Assembly (NCBI GenBank): GCA_964574415.1
Contig: CAZNNM010000002.1
Span: 239,110-303,109, forward strand
DNA length: 64,000 bases
Direction: 5' to 3'
DNA from: an uncultured Rickettsiales bacterium
Lineage (GTDB): Bacteria > Pseudomonadota > Alphaproteobacteria > Rickettsiales > CAZNNM01
Below, in pieces: positions 18,684-28,937 of the stretch (position 1 is its first letter; each line of letters starts with the position of its first letter). The position numbers and the translations under genes were made by a program. A model generated the notes under the pieces. It did no database searches. It was not told where the DNA came from and was given only the letters and a program-made list of their open reading frames with translations.

Positions 18684-20513
18684 ATGCACCCGTTTCGCAC
18701 GCACCATTGCGGTGCTTTGACTGTTAAAGACGTCAATCAAACCGTTCGCCTGTCTGGCTGGGTACACCGCCAGCGCGACCATGGGAATGTGCAATTTATT
18801 GATTTGCGTGATCATTACGGCCTGACACAATGCGTGACAGAGAATCCAGCACTCCTGGAACAATTAACCGCCATCCGCAATGAAAGCGTGGTGACCATTA
18901 CCGGTAAAGTGGTGGCACGTTCAGCAGAAACGGTGAATAATGACCTGCCTACTGGCGCCATTGAAGTGGTGATTGAGACATTACATGTAGAATCCCTTGC
19001 CGATACTCTACCACTGCAAGTCAACGCTGACCGCGAATTCCCAGAAGATACACGCCTGCGTTACCGCTTCCTGGATTTACGCCGCGAAAAACTCCATCAG
19101 AATATCGTGCTGCGCTCGAAAGTGATTTCGTTCCTGCGTCAACGTATGACTGATAGCGGTTTTATGGAATTCCAAACCCCAATTCTGACAGCCAGCTCAC
19201 CTGAAGGTGCGCGTGACTATTTGGTGCCGAGCCGTGTGCATCCGGGCCATTTCTATGCATTGCCACAAGCACCTCAGCAATTTAAGCAATTGCTGATGGT
19301 ATCGGGCTTTGACCGTTATTTCCAAATCGCCCCATGCTTCCGCGATGAAGATGCACGTGCCGATCGTTCGCCTGGTGAATTCTATCAGCTCGATATTGAA
19401 ATGTCGTTTGTGACACAGGAAGATGTGTTTGCAGCCATTGAGCCCGTGCTTTATGAACTGTTTAAAACCTATGGCACCAAAACAGTGACTCCAGCACCAT
19501 TCCCACGCATTACCTATCGCGATGCGATGATGAAATATGGTAGCGACAAGCCAGATTTGCGCAACCCGTTGATTATCACCGATGTAACAGAAATTTTCCG
19601 TGATTCGGATTTCAGTATCTTCAAGAACAATATCGCTAAAGGCGCTGTAGTGCGCGCCATTCCTGCTCCTGACGTCGCAGAACGTCCGCGTAGCTTCTTT
19701 GATAAGATGGTCAGCTTCGCACAGGAACTCGGCGCTGCTGGCCTGGGTTATGTAACCTTCGCTGAAGATGGCTCTGCCAAAGGTCCCATCGCGAAATTCC
19801 TGAGCCCTGAGAAACTCAAAGCATTGCAAGAAACTACTGGCGTGAAAAACGGCGATGCCGTGTTCTTCTCGTCTGATATGGAAGATGCAGCGGCAAAACT
19901 GGCCGGTAAAGTGCGCGATCATTTAGGCCAAGAGCTGGATCTGCTGGAAAAAGACATCTTCAAATTCTGCTGGGTGGTGGATTTCCCATATTTCGAGTGG
20001 AACGAAGAAGACAAGAAAATCGATTTCAGCCACAACCCATTCTCTATGCCACAAGGCGGTTTGGAAGTGCTGGAAAATGCGAAGAGCAAAGAAGATTACC
20101 TCAAGATTCTGGCCTACCAATATGACATCGTTTGCAATGGTGTAGAGCTTTCCAGCGGTGCGATTCGTAACCATAAGCCGGAGATTATGTATAAAGCCTT
20201 CTCGATCGTAGGCTATGATGCAGCAACCGTGGATGAGCGCTTCGGCGGCATGATCCGTGCATTCAAATTCGGCGCACCTCCACATGGCGGTTTGGCTCCA
20301 GGGGTGGATCGTATGGTGATGCTTATTGCAGATGAACCAAACATCCGCGAAGTTATCGCCTTCCCAATGAACCAAAAAGCAGAAGACTTGCTGATGGGCG
20401 CGCCTGCGACAGCAACTGTGAAGCAACTTCGTGAACTAAACATCCAGCTCAGCCCATCAGCGCGTGAACATATCGAGCGCAAAGAAAAATCACCAGATAG
20501 TGATGCCGCTTAA
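18684..20513 (+). CDS. aspS: Aspartate--tRNA ligase
   Basis: 609 aa. Class II aaRS motifs ([53 protein letters not shown]) with an N-terminal OB fold. Confidence 0.95.
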   Translation: MHPFRTHHCGALTVKDVNQTVRLSGWVHRQRDHGNVQFIDLRDHYGLTQCVTENPALLEQLTAIRNESVVTITGKVVARSAETVNNDLPTGAIEVVIETLHVESLADTLPLQVNADREFPEDTRLRYRFLDLRREKLHQNIVLRSKVISFLRQRMTDSGFMEFQTPILTASSPEGARDYLVPSRVHPGHFYALPQAPQQFKQLLMVSGFDRYFQIAPCFRDEDARADRSPGEFYQLDIEMSFVTQEDVFAAIEPVLYELFKTYGTKTVTPAPFPRITYRDAMMKYGSDKPDLRNPLIITDVTEIFRDSDFSIFKNNIAKGAVVRAIPAPDVAERPRSFFDKMVSFAQELGAAGLGYVTFAEDGSAKGPIAKFLSPEKLKALQETTGVKNGDAVFFSSDMEDAAAKLAGKVRDHLGQELDLLEKDIFKFCWVVDFPYFEWNEEDKKIDFSHNPFSMPQGGLEVLENAKSKEDYLKILAYQYDIVCNGVELSSGAIRNHKPEIMYKAFSIVGYDAATVDERFGGMIRAFKFGAPPHGGLAPGVDRMVMLIADEPNIREVIAFPMNQKAEDLLMGAPATATVKQLRELNIQLSPSAREHIERKEKSPDSDAA

Positions 20514-20532
20514 GATGCGAGCAGGATTCAGA

Positions 20533-20560
20533 AAAAGGCTGGGAAACCAGCCTTTTGTTA
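20533..20560 (+). terminator. Rho-independent terminator after aspS
   Basis: aaaaggctgg-gaaa-ccagcctttt forms a 10-bp stem with a GAAA loop, followed by a T-rich tail (ttttgttatt). Confidence 0.7.
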
Positions 20561-20588
20561 TTCTTGGGCTAGAAAATCCACACTCCAT

Positions 20589-20616
20589 CGTCATCCCAGC
20601 GAAGGCTGGGATCCAG
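20589..20616. repeat. Half-copy of a family E repeat (short hairpin)
   Basis: cgtcatcccagcgaaggctgggatccag is related to the ends of 25741..25865 and 45602..45722. Confidence 0.7.
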
Positions 20617-20662
20617 TCCTCTTAACCATAAAGCAAAAATTTAGCCTGATTCAGAAAATAGA

Positions 20663-21811
20663 CTAATCCCTTCCATCCCTCGCAATATCAAACGTAAACA
20701 CCGTCTCCTCACCTTTCGGACGCTCCAGCACTTCGGTATGGCGCAGAGTACGCACAGTGTCGTAATAACCCGCTTTCCAATGCTCCTCCATACTCTGGCG
20801 GGAGAATTCGTAATCTTTGGAATCGCCTTCGTAACCTTGTGTATGGTAAATAAGTTGGATAATATTATAGACCTTACGCTGCGACGCCTCACGCAATAGC
20901 TCCACTTCAGGAAGCTCCTGCATCTCTTTCGGCAGTTTATCCAGCAAACTTGCTGCTGCATAACGCAGTTTCTGTGAACGCTTAAAGCGATCCGTATTAG
21001 CGCGTGTGCGGCTAGAATATTGGATTTCTTTTTGCCGTGTCATCACTTTAGCAATATCACATGGCATATCACCCCGCGCATTCCATAAATCCACTTGGAA
21101 TGCGAGCGTATCGTGTTGCGGACGGCTTTCTAATACCCAGTCAAGCGGCGTGTTGGATACCAAACCACCATCCCAATAATACTCGCCCTCAATCTCCACC
21201 GCCGGAAACCCTGGCGGCAATGCACCGCTGGCCACAATATGGCTTGGCATGATGGTATGGGTGGTATTATCAAAATAGATAAAATTCCCTGTGCGCACAT
21301 TCACTGCGCCTATACTAAAACGGGTGGTATCGGCATTGATGCGGTCAAAATCGATAAAGCGCTCTAGAGTGCTGTATAATGGGCTGGTATCGTAATAACT
21401 CGTCGCCCCTTCTGTGCCATGCGGCTGTAGCCATGGCACAGGCAAGCGCGGCAGGAAGAATCCTGGCACACCTTTAACCATGATCTCGCCTGCAAATAGT
21501 TGGTTCATGATGCCACGTGTGACGCTATCCGGCCGGAACCACTCCACCTGCGCCCAGGAAGGCGATGTGATAGATTCCCAGAATTGGCGGAGCTTGCTGA
21601 CACGGTCTTTTTCGGGATTACCGGCAATAATAGCCGAATTAATCGCCCCAATAGAAATACCTGCCACCCAATCCGGATGGATACCCGCTTCCGCCAGCGC
21701 CTCATAGACACCGCCTTGATACGCCCCAAGCGCACCACCACCCTGCAAAAGCAAGGCGATACATTCAAACGGCGGGCGTTGCTGGACTTTGTGTGTTTTT
21801 TTATGGGCCAT
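20663..21811 (-). CDS. Patatin-like phospholipase
   Basis: 382 aa. Oxyanion motif LQGGGALGAYQGG, nucleophile elbow GISIGA (GxSxG) and a later DGG motif. Confidence 0.85.
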   Translation of the reverse strand: MAHKKTHKVQQRPPFECIALLLQGGGALGAYQGGVYEALAEAGIHPDWVAGISIGAINSAIIAGNPEKDRVSKLRQFWESITSPSWAQVEWFRPDSVTRGIMNQLFAGEIMVKGVPGFFLPRLPVPWLQPHGTEGATSYYDTSPLYSTLERFIDFDRINADTTRFSIGAVNVRTGNFIYFDNTTHTIMPSHIVASGALPPGFPAVEIEGEYYWDGGLVSNTPLDWVLESRPQHDTLAFQVDLWNARGDMPCDIAKVMTRQKEIQYSSRTRANTDRFKRSQKLRYAAASLLDKLPKEMQELPEVELLREASQRKVYNIIQLIYHTQGYEGDSKDYEFSRQSMEEHWKAGYYDTVRTLRHTEVLERPKGEETVFTFDIARDGRD

Positions 21812-21875
21812 AATGGCGTATAATAGCCATAATTCGCTTCAATAGCAAGCTTACCCACTTTTTTCCTCTGCCCCT

Positions 21876-21904
21876 CTTGATATTCCCGCCAAACATCCCT
21901 ATAT
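21876..21904 (+). promoter_or_regulatory. Putative RpoH (sigma-32) heat-shock promoter of dnaK
   Basis: CTTGATA at 21876..21882 and CCCTATAT at 21897..21904. This fits the alphaproteobacterial CTTG-N17/18-CYTATNT consensus, about 65 bp upstream of the dnaK ATG. Confidence 0.55.
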
Positions 21905-21967
21905 AAGTTTTGAGAGATAAGCGCAACCTGCGTCAGAAATAATTAAGTCACTGATAATGAGGAAAAA

Positions 21968-23887
21968 ATGGGAAAAGTAATAGGAATTGACTTAGGAACA
22001 ACAAACTCCTGCGTTGCCATTATGGAGGGCAAGAACACCCGCGTATTAGAAAATGCCGAAGGTGGCCGCACCACCCCGTCTATCGTTGCCATCACCGAAG
22101 GTGGCGAACGCTTAGTCGGCGCGCCTGCCAAACGCCAGGCTGTAACCAACCCGAAAAACACTATTTTCGCGGTTAAACGTTTGATCGGCCGTACATTCAA
22201 CGACCCAACAACCAAAAAAGATGCGGAAATTGTGCCGTATTCTATCGTGAAAGCCGACAATGGCGATGCATGGGTAGAAGCACATGAGAAGAAATATTCT
22301 CCAAGCCAAATCAGTGCGTTCATTCTGCAAAAAATGAAAGAAACTGCTGAGAGTTTCCTGGGTGAAGAAGTAACCCAGGCGGTGATCACCGTGCCTGCAT
22401 ATTTCAATGATGCACAACGTCAAGCAACCAAAGATGCGGGTAAAATTGCTGGTCTTGAAGTGCTTCGTATCATCAACGAGCCAACCGCTGCCGCTCTTGC
22501 TTATGGCCTGGATAAAGCCGATGGTAAAACCATTGCGGTATATGACTTAGGTGGTGGTACATTCGACGTATCGATCCTCGAAATCGGCGATGGCGTGTTT
22601 GAAGTGAAATCGACCAATGGTGACACATTCCTTGGTGGTGAAGACTTCGATATCCGCATTCTCGAATACCTCGCAGATGAGTTCAAAAAAGACAACGGCA
22701 TTGACCTGCGTAAAGATCCTTTAGCGCTGCAACGTCTGAAAGAAGCGGCTGAGAAGGCGAAAATTGAACTCTCTAGCGCACAAGAAACCGATATCAACCT
22801 GCCATACATCACCGCTGATGCAAGCGGCCCTAAACACTTAACACTGAAACTGAGCCGTGCAAAATTGGAAAGCTTGGTGGATGATCTGGTGGCTCGCACT
22901 ATCGATCCATGCAAAGCAGCGCTGAAAGATGCTGGTTTGAAAGCGAGCGATATTGACGAAGTGGTACTGGTGGGCGGTATGACCCGTATGCCTAAAGTAC
23001 AACAACGCGTACAAGAATTCTTCGGCCGTGAACCACATAAAGGTGTGAACCCGGATGAAGTAGTGGCCATCGGTGCTGCGATTCAAGGTGGCGTGTTAAA
23101 GGGCGATGTGAAAGATGTATTGCTGCTTGATGTAACCCCACTTTCACTCGGTATCGAAACCCTGGGCGGCGTGTTCACGCGTTTGATTGAGCGTAACACC
23201 ACTATCCCTACCAAGAAGAGCCAAGTGTTCTCGACCGCTGATGATAACCAATCAGCTGTAACCATCCGCGTATTCCAAGGTGAACGTGAGATGGCAGCGG
23301 ACAACAAACTGCTCGGCCAGTTTAATCTGGAAGATATTCCACCGGCTCCACGCGGTATGCCACAAATCGAAGTGACATTTGATATTGATGCCAACGGTAT
23401 CGTGAATGTGAGCGCGAAAGATAAGGCTACCAATAAAGAGCAGAATGTTCGCATTCAAGCCTCTAGCGGTTTGAGCGATAGCGATATCGATAAAATGGTA
23501 AAAGACGCCGAAAGCCATGCAAGCGACGATAAAAAACGCAAAGAGCTGGTAGAAGCGCGTAACCAAGCCGATAGCTTAATTTACTCTACTGAAAAGAGCT
23601 TGAAAGAATACGGCGATAAAATCGGCGCTGATGAGCGTGGTGCGATTGAATCCGCTGTTGCTGATGTAAAAGCAGCGCTGGAAGGCGATGATGTGGAGGC
23701 GATTAAAGCCAAAACGGAAAGCCTGACACAAACCGCTATGAAACTCGGCGAAGCAATCTATAAAGCCCAACAAGCCGAAGGCTCTGCTGATGCGCAAGCA
23801 CAAGCTGCCGATGCTGATAACAAAGAAGATGGCAAAGTAGTGGATGCTGATTTTGAAGAAGTGAAAGACGATAAAAAAGCGTCTTAA
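21968..23887 (+). CDS. dnaK: Molecular chaperone DnaK (Hsp70)
   Basis: 639 aa. [30 protein letters not shown] and [13 protein letters not shown] signatures. Confidence 0.98.
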   Translation: MGKVIGIDLGTTNSCVAIMEGKNTRVLENAEGGRTTPSIVAITEGGERLVGAPAKRQAVTNPKNTIFAVKRLIGRTFNDPTTKKDAEIVPYSIVKADNGDAWVEAHEKKYSPSQISAFILQKMKETAESFLGEEVTQAVITVPAYFNDAQRQATKDAGKIAGLEVLRIINEPTAAALAYGLDKADGKTIAVYDLGGGTFDVSILEIGDGVFEVKSTNGDTFLGGEDFDIRILEYLADEFKKDNGIDLRKDPLALQRLKEAAEKAKIELSSAQETDINLPYITADASGPKHLTLKLSRAKLESLVDDLVARTIDPCKAALKDAGLKASDIDEVVLVGGMTRMPKVQQRVQEFFGREPHKGVNPDEVVAIGAAIQGGVLKGDVKDVLLLDVTPLSLGIETLGGVFTRLIERNTTIPTKKSQVFSTADDNQSAVTIRVFQGEREMAADNKLLGQFNLEDIPPAPRGMPQIEVTFDIDANGIVNVSAKDKATNKEQNVRIQASSGLSDSDIDKMVKDAESHASDDKKRKELVEARNQADSLIYSTEKSLKEYGDKIGADERGAIESAVADVKAALEGDDVEAIKAKTESLTQTAMKLGEAIYKAQQAEGSADAQAQAADADNKEDGKVVDADFEEVKDDKKAS

Positions 23888-23907
23888 GCATTAGGGGTCT
23901 GGATCCG

Positions 23908-23954
23908 GGATTCAGGATTCAGGAAGAGGGAAAAAATCCCTGAATCCTGAATCC
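23908..23954 (+). other. Intercistronic stem-loop between dnaK and dnaJ
   Basis: Perfect 16-bp inverted repeat ggattcaggattcagg (23908..23923) / cctgaatcctgaatcc (23939..23954) with a 15-nt loop. There is no T-tract, so it is more likely a processing or attenuation structure than a full terminator. Confidence 0.6.
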
Positions 23955-23978
23955 TGGATGCTGGATCCTGAAAATATT

Positions 23979-25732
23979 ATGAGTAAACAAGACTATTACA
24001 GCCTACTTGGTGTGCAACGTGGTGTGAATGCGGATGAGCTTAAAAAAGCTTACCGCAAACTTGCGATGCAATACCACCCAGACCGCAATCCTGGCGATGC
24101 CGCCGCCGAGCAAAAATTCAAAGAAGTCAGTGAAGCGTATGACGTCTTAAAAGACGATCAAAAACGCGCAGCCTATGACCGTTATGGCCATGCAGCATTT
24201 GAGAATGGTGGCATGGGCGGAATGGGCGGCGGCCGCAATGCTGGCTTTGATTTTAATGGCAGTTTTGCAGATATATTTAGCGATCTCTTCGGTGAAATGG
24301 GCGGCCGTGGCGCCGGCGGTGGACGTGGCGGCGAAGCGGCACGTAGCCGTGGCTCTGATCTACGCTATAACCTCAATATCACCCTCGAAGAAGCCTTTGC
24401 AGGCAAACAAGAAAAAATCCGCTTTAATACCCTTGCATCCTGCGATGAATGCGATGGCAAAGGAAGCAAAAGCAGTGCTGGCGTTACCAATTGCCCAACC
24501 TGTAACGGTATGGGGAAAGTGCGCGCGCAACAAGGATTCTTCACCATTGAACGCACCTGCCCAAGCTGTCATGGCGTTGGCCAAACGATCAAAGACCCAT
24601 GTGGTAAATGCCGTGGTGAAGGCCGCGTGCAACGTGAGAAAACCTTATCCGTCACCATTCCAGCCGGCGTGGAAGAAGGCACACGCATTCGCTTAGCAGG
24701 CGAAGGCGAGATGGGCATACGCAATGGCACACCCGGCGATTTATATATCGTCATCGATGTAAAACAACACGCGCTCTTCCAGCGCGATGGCAGCAATATC
24801 CATTGCCGCGTTCCACTCACCATGACAACAGCCGCGTTAGGCGGCAGCGTAGAAGTGCCAACCATTGACGGCACACGCGCAAAAGTGTCTATCCCTGCTG
24901 GCACTCAATATGGCGACCAATTCCGCCTCAAAGGCAAAGGTATGAGCATTATCCACTCGAAGAATCGTGGTGACATGTATATCCATGCCACAATCGAAAC
25001 ACCGGTAAAACTCACCAAACGCCTAATACCCTTGCATCCTGCGATGAATGCGATGGCAAAGGAAGCAAAAGCAGTGCTGGCGTTACCAATTGCCCAACCT
25101 GTAACGGTATGGGGAAAGTGCGCGCGCAACAAGGATTCTTCACCATTGAACGCACCTGCCCAAGCTGTCATGGCGTTGGCCAAACGATCAAAGACCCATG
25201 TGGTAAATGCCGTGGTGAAGGCCGCGTGCAACGTGAGAAAACCTTATCCGTCACCATTCCAGCCGGCGTGGAAGAAGGCACACGCATTCGCTTAGCAGGC
25301 GAAGGCGAGATGGGCATACGCAATGGCACACCCGGCGATTTATATATCGTCATCGATGTAAAACAACACGCGCTCTTCCAGCGCGATGGCAGCAATATCC
25401 ATTGCCGCGTTCCACTCACCATGACAACAGCCGCGTTAGGCGGCAGCGTAGAAGTGCCAACCATTGACGGCACACGCGCAAAAGTGTCTATCCCTGCTGG
25501 CACTCAATATGGCGACCAATTCCGCCTCAAAGGCAAAGGTATGAGCATTATCCACTCGAAGAATCGTGGTGACATGTATATCCATGCCACAATCGAAACA
25601 CCGGTAAAACTCACCAAACGCCAAAAAGAACTGCTACAAGAATTTGAAAGCGGCGCCGAAACGGGCTCTTCACCGGAATCAGAAGGATTCTTTAAGAAGG
25701 TGAAGGAATTGTGGGGGGATTTGAAAAGTTAG
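23979..25732 (+). pseudogene. dnaJ: dnaJ interrupted by a perfect 599-bp internal tandem duplication (frameshift)
   Basis: J domain (DYYSLLGV...HPDRNP), G/F region, CxxCxGxG zinc fingers and the C-terminal domain are all present. The reading frame breaks at 25023/25024. Removing one 599-bp copy restores a 384-aa ORF ending ...[11 protein letters not shown]. Confidence 0.85.
24425..25622 (+). repeat. Perfect direct tandem duplication, 2 x 599 bp, inside dnaJ
   Basis: 24425..25023 and 25024..25622 read identically line by line. Antisense ORFs 24569..24904 and 25168..25503 give identical 111-aa translations offset by 599 nt. Confidence 0.95.
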
Positions 25733-25740
25733 GACAATAG

Positions 25741-25865
25741 TGTCATTCCAGCGGAGGCTGGAATCCAGTTATTACTGGTGAGCATAGCGAACTCCCTATT
25801 AAAGGACAAGTGTTCGCTACCGCTCACAAACATTGCGCTGGATGCCAGCCTACGCTGGCATGACA
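25741..25865. repeat. Family E palindromic repeat
   Basis: tgtcattccagcggaggctggaatccag...ctggatgccagcctacgctggcatgaca. The internal part is also self-complementary (gagcatagcgaac.../...gttcgctaccgctc). Confidence 0.9.
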
Positions 25866-25961
25866 ACACTCATCGCCCCTCACTAAAACACTTACTTTTT
25901 CTTAACGATCTGCTATACTCTTTATCCATAATGGAAACGAACAACCCCTAGGTAGAGTATC

Positions 25962-26465
25962 ATGCCTTACTCATCACTTGCTATTGCCAATGAATTCATC
26001 GACCGCGCTAACAAAGCCGGACAGCCGCTGACGAATATGCAGCTGCAAAAATTGGTATATCTGGCGCATGGGTTTAACCTGGCAGTAAATAATTCTCCGC
26101 TGGTGGAAGAATCGGTGGAAGCATGGAATTATGGCACGGTATACCGCCGTCTCTATGATGCACTTAAATTCTACGGCCCCACACCCGTGATTGAGATGAT
26201 CCGTTGGGGCGATGATACGCCCAGTGTTTCTGGCGCTGGCGAATATGCCCGCGAATCCCTTAAACCAGAAGAAGATGAGCTGATCACCCGCGTATGGCAA
26301 CTCTATGGCCACTTCCCAGCCTTCAAGCTGTCTGCCATCACCCATGAAGAGCGCAGCCCATGGAAGAAATGCTACGAACCAGGGAGAAATCGTGCTATAC
26401 CTGATAACGATATACGCGATTATTTCTGCTCACTGATTGAGAATAAGGTTGAGAGTCAAGCATGA
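25962..26465 (+). CDS. DUF4065 / Panacea-domain protein (SocA/PanA-type putative antitoxin)
   Basis: 167 aa. The N-terminal pattern AIANEFIDRANKAGQPLTNMQLQKLVYLAHGFNLAVNNSPLVEESVEAWNYGTVYRRLY matches the DUF4065 consensus (LQKLLYyAqG..La....pLf.e.ieAW.yGPV...vY). Confidence 0.8.
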   Translation: MPYSSLAIANEFIDRANKAGQPLTNMQLQKLVYLAHGFNLAVNNSPLVEESVEAWNYGTVYRRLYDALKFYGPTPVIEMIRWGDDTPSVSGAGEYARESLKPEEDELITRVWQLYGHFPAFKLSAITHEERSPWKKCYEPGRNRAIPDNDIRDYFCSLIENKVESQA

Positions 26466-26842
26466 CATTACCGGATGTATTAACCCGCGACGCGCTCAGC
26501 TCCGCCATCGCTCTGACCGAGCAAAAAACCGAGCCGGATCAACTCGATCAACTGGAATCTTCGCGCGCTTATAATGATGCACGCACACGCTCTATCACCG
26601 AAGAGAACCTAGACCGCAAAGCCAACCGCCGTCTGCGCTTTCAATATGCACGGCAGGTATATTTATATTTGGTATGGTATTCAATTATTGCAGCGCTGAT
26701 TCTCGTGTTAGAGGCGTTTGGCCCGCATATTGGTTTCCATTTACCTGAACTCGTACTCGTCACCCTCGTCGGCAGCACAGGAGCAAGCGCAATTGGCTTA
26801 GTAGGATTCGTGGTAAACGGCTTATTCAAAGGCGGAGCATAA
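26462..26842 (+). CDS. Small two-TM protein, candidate toxin partner of the Panacea-domain protein
   Basis: 126 aa. ATGA start/stop overlap with the upstream gene. Charged N-terminal half, then two hydrophobic helices (VYLYLVWYSIIAALILVLEAF; LVLVTLVGSTGASAIGLVGFVVNGLF). No family recognised. Confidence 0.55.
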   Translation: MTLPDVLTRDALSSAIALTEQKTEPDQLDQLESSRAYNDARTRSITEENLDRKANRRLRFQYARQVYLYLVWYSIIAALILVLEAFGPHIGFHLPELVLVTLVGSTGASAIGLVGFVVNGLFKGGA

Positions 26843-26843
26843 T

Positions 26844-27377
26844 ATGGCACATGTCTTACTCATCATCACAGGCAGTATTGCGGCGATTAAAACCTATGAC
26901 ATTATCCGCCAACTAAAAGCAAAATCAATCGATGTCACTTGTGTGCTAACGCGCGCGGCTGAGCAGTTTGTGACACCGCTTTCGCTTGCTTCACTTTCTG
27001 GCAATAAAGTCTATACGGATATGTTCTCCCTCACCGATGAAATTGAAATGGGGCATATCCAGCTTTCGCGCATGGCAGATTTGGTAGTGGTTGCACCTGC
27101 CAGTGCCGATAGCATCGGCAAACTCGCACAAGGCCTGGCAGATGACCTTGCTAGCACTCTGCTGCTTGCCACCGATAAAAAAGTCCTCATCGCCCCTGCG
27201 ATGAATGTGCGTATGTGGGAGCATCCGGCAGTGCAACGCAATGTCGCACGCATCCAGAATGATGGCGCAATTCTCGTTGAGCCTGTAGACGGTGATTTAG
27301 CCTGTGGCGAAACCGGAAAAGGCCGTATGGCAGAGCCAGAGGCTATTGTGCAGGCGATTACGGCGCAGCTACGATGA
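26844..27377 (+). CDS. coaC: Phosphopantothenoylcysteine decarboxylase (CoaC flavoprotein domain as a separate ORF)
   Basis: 177 aa. LLIITGSIAAIKTYDIIRQLK and PAMNVRMWEHPAVQRN motifs. The stop overlaps the coaB ATG (ATGA). Confidence 0.85.
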   Translation: MAHVLLIITGSIAAIKTYDIIRQLKAKSIDVTCVLTRAAEQFVTPLSLASLSGNKVYTDMFSLTDEIEMGHIQLSRMADLVVVAPASADSIGKLAQGLADDLASTLLLATDKKVLIAPAMNVRMWEHPAVQRNVARIQNDGAILVEPVDGDLACGETGKGRMAEPEAIVQAITAQLR

Positions 27378-28009
27378 AAGCCCTCGTCACCAGCGGCCCA
27401 ACGCAAGAACGCATTGATCCCGTCCGCTATCTCAGCAATGATTCCTCCGGCAAACAAGGCCATGCTATTGCAGCAGCGCTTGCTGCGCGTGGAATAGAGG
27501 TTGTGTTGATCTCTGGCCCCGTTCATATTCCCGATCCAGCAGGCGTGCGTGTGGTACATGTTATAACGGCCGAAGAAATGCTTGCCGCTTGCGAGCGTGA
27601 GCTACCGTGTGATATCGCGATTTGCGCTGCCGCCGTCAGCGATTGGTGCGCAAAAACCATCGCGCCTCACAAGCTCAAAAAACAACAGGATCAAAACGAG
27701 CTAACATTCACCCTCATCAAAAACCCTGATATTCTATCCCATCTCAGCCACCATGCCAAACGCCCCTCACTGGTAGTTGGGTTTGCGGCAGAAACCGAAA
27801 ATCTCCTCACCAATGCCCGCAATAAACTGGCCTCTAAAGGCTGCGATTGGATTATGGCCAATGATGTATCTAAAGGACAAGTATTTGGACAGGATCGTAC
27901 TTCGGTACATCTGATTACCGCTGAACAAACGCTTCATTGGGATAATCTGAGTAAAACAGAAATGGCGGAGCGGTTGGTGGAGCGGATTATTAGCACCGTC
28001 TCTGCTTAA
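27374..28009 (+). CDS. coaB: Phosphopantothenate--cysteine ligase (CoaB domain as a separate ORF)
   Basis: 211 aa. ALVTSGPTQERIDPVRYLSNDSSGKQG and AAAVSDW motifs. Confidence 0.85.
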   Translation: MKALVTSGPTQERIDPVRYLSNDSSGKQGHAIAAALAARGIEVVLISGPVHIPDPAGVRVVHVITAEEMLAACERELPCDIAICAAAVSDWCAKTIAPHKLKKQQDQNELTFTLIKNPDILSHLSHHAKRPSLVVGFAAETENLLTNARNKLASKGCDWIMANDVSKGQVFGQDRTSVHLITAEQTLHWDNLSKTEMAERLVERIISTVSA

Positions 28010-28037
28010 ATTCGATTCCATATTGCTGCATATTACT

Positions 28038-28134
28038 CGTCATTGCGAGGTCACATAGTGGCCGTGGCAATCCAGGGCAACCTCCTCCGTTCTTTAAGAT
28101 GGCCCTGGATCGCCGCGCTTACGCTCGCGATGAC
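28038..28134. repeat. Family B palindromic repeat
   Basis: cgtcattgcgaggtcacatagtggccgtggcaatccagg...cctggatcgccgcgcttacgctcgcgatgaca. Confidence 0.9.
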
Positions 28135-28296
28135 AATAAGTATAACTGAAGTGATACGACAAAAGGACAAAATACCACCTTCCTCCTTGCACTACATCCC
28201 AAAATATGAAATGCTACCCACCGTGAGGAACGGCCTCCCCCATCATGGGCATAGGTGCTGGGACGACCCAGTGTAATATATTCATTGGTATTTCTC

Positions 28297-28710
28297 ATGC
28301 GCACTACTCGCGATCGTATCCGCCATACTATTTGCTTTGAACTCATCGGCCTCGGCCTTATCACACCGCTCGGCGCTTGGGTTTATGGATTGCCCGCAAC
28401 AGATATGGGCGTTGTTGCCCTAGGCTCTTCGCTTATTGCTACAGGCTGGAATTATCTCTACAACCTTATCTTCGACCACATCATGCAGCATTATAAAGGA
28501 CACACCTATAAATCTGTGCCATTGCGCATCTTGCACGCGCTATTGTTTGAAGGCGGGTTGCTGATTGTGCTGATGCCGCTGATTGCATGGTATCTCAAAA
28601 TCAGCCTGTGGGAAGCACTGATTATGGATATTGGTGTGGCGGTGTTTTATATGGTATACGCGTTTATCTATAACTGGGCGTATGACCGGATATTTCCGAT
28701 ACCGGCTTAA
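28297..28710 (+). CDS. PACE-family (AceI-like) efflux transporter, two BTP domains
   Basis: Start set at ATG 28297 (MRTTRDRIRHTICFE). 137 aa with 4 TM segments. The duplicated motif R..H...FE (RIRHTICFELIG and RILHALLFEGG) is typical of bacterial transmembrane-pair domains. Confidence 0.7.
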   Translation: MRTTRDRIRHTICFELIGLGLITPLGAWVYGLPATDMGVVALGSSLIATGWNYLYNLIFDHIMQHYKGHTYKSVPLRILHALLFEGGLLIVLMPLIAWYLKISLWEALIMDIGVAVFYMVYAFIYNWAYDRIFPIPA

Positions 28711-28728
28711 CCATAATCATTCTAGGAA

Positions 28729-28805
<77 letters not shown>

Positions 28806-28937
28806 TCACGAAACGCGTTGTTTACTGCGAAGGGTTGTATCTATAAAACGGTAAATACGTCTTGTCAAAGGATTTATTTAGGCTTGGCGGAACTATTCAT
28901 TTGGTTTATGCTCCTAGCATTGTTTTTTAAGGATTTT

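Noticed and set aside
19197-20426. 241-aa and 167-aa ORFs antisense to aspS, and similar shadows in dnaK (21943..22407, 22501..23070, 23083..23454), carB (42436..43038, 44554..45030) and macB
   Set aside because: They lie fully inside strongly supported conserved genes on the other strand and have no recognisable motifs. These are typical shadow ORFs.
24175-24696. 173-aa ORF inside dnaJ and the out-of-frame tail of ORF 23958..25295 (…[18 protein letters not shown]…)
   Set aside because: Both are the same alternative-frame reading of the duplicated dnaJ segment. They are a consequence of the 599-bp duplication, not separate genes.
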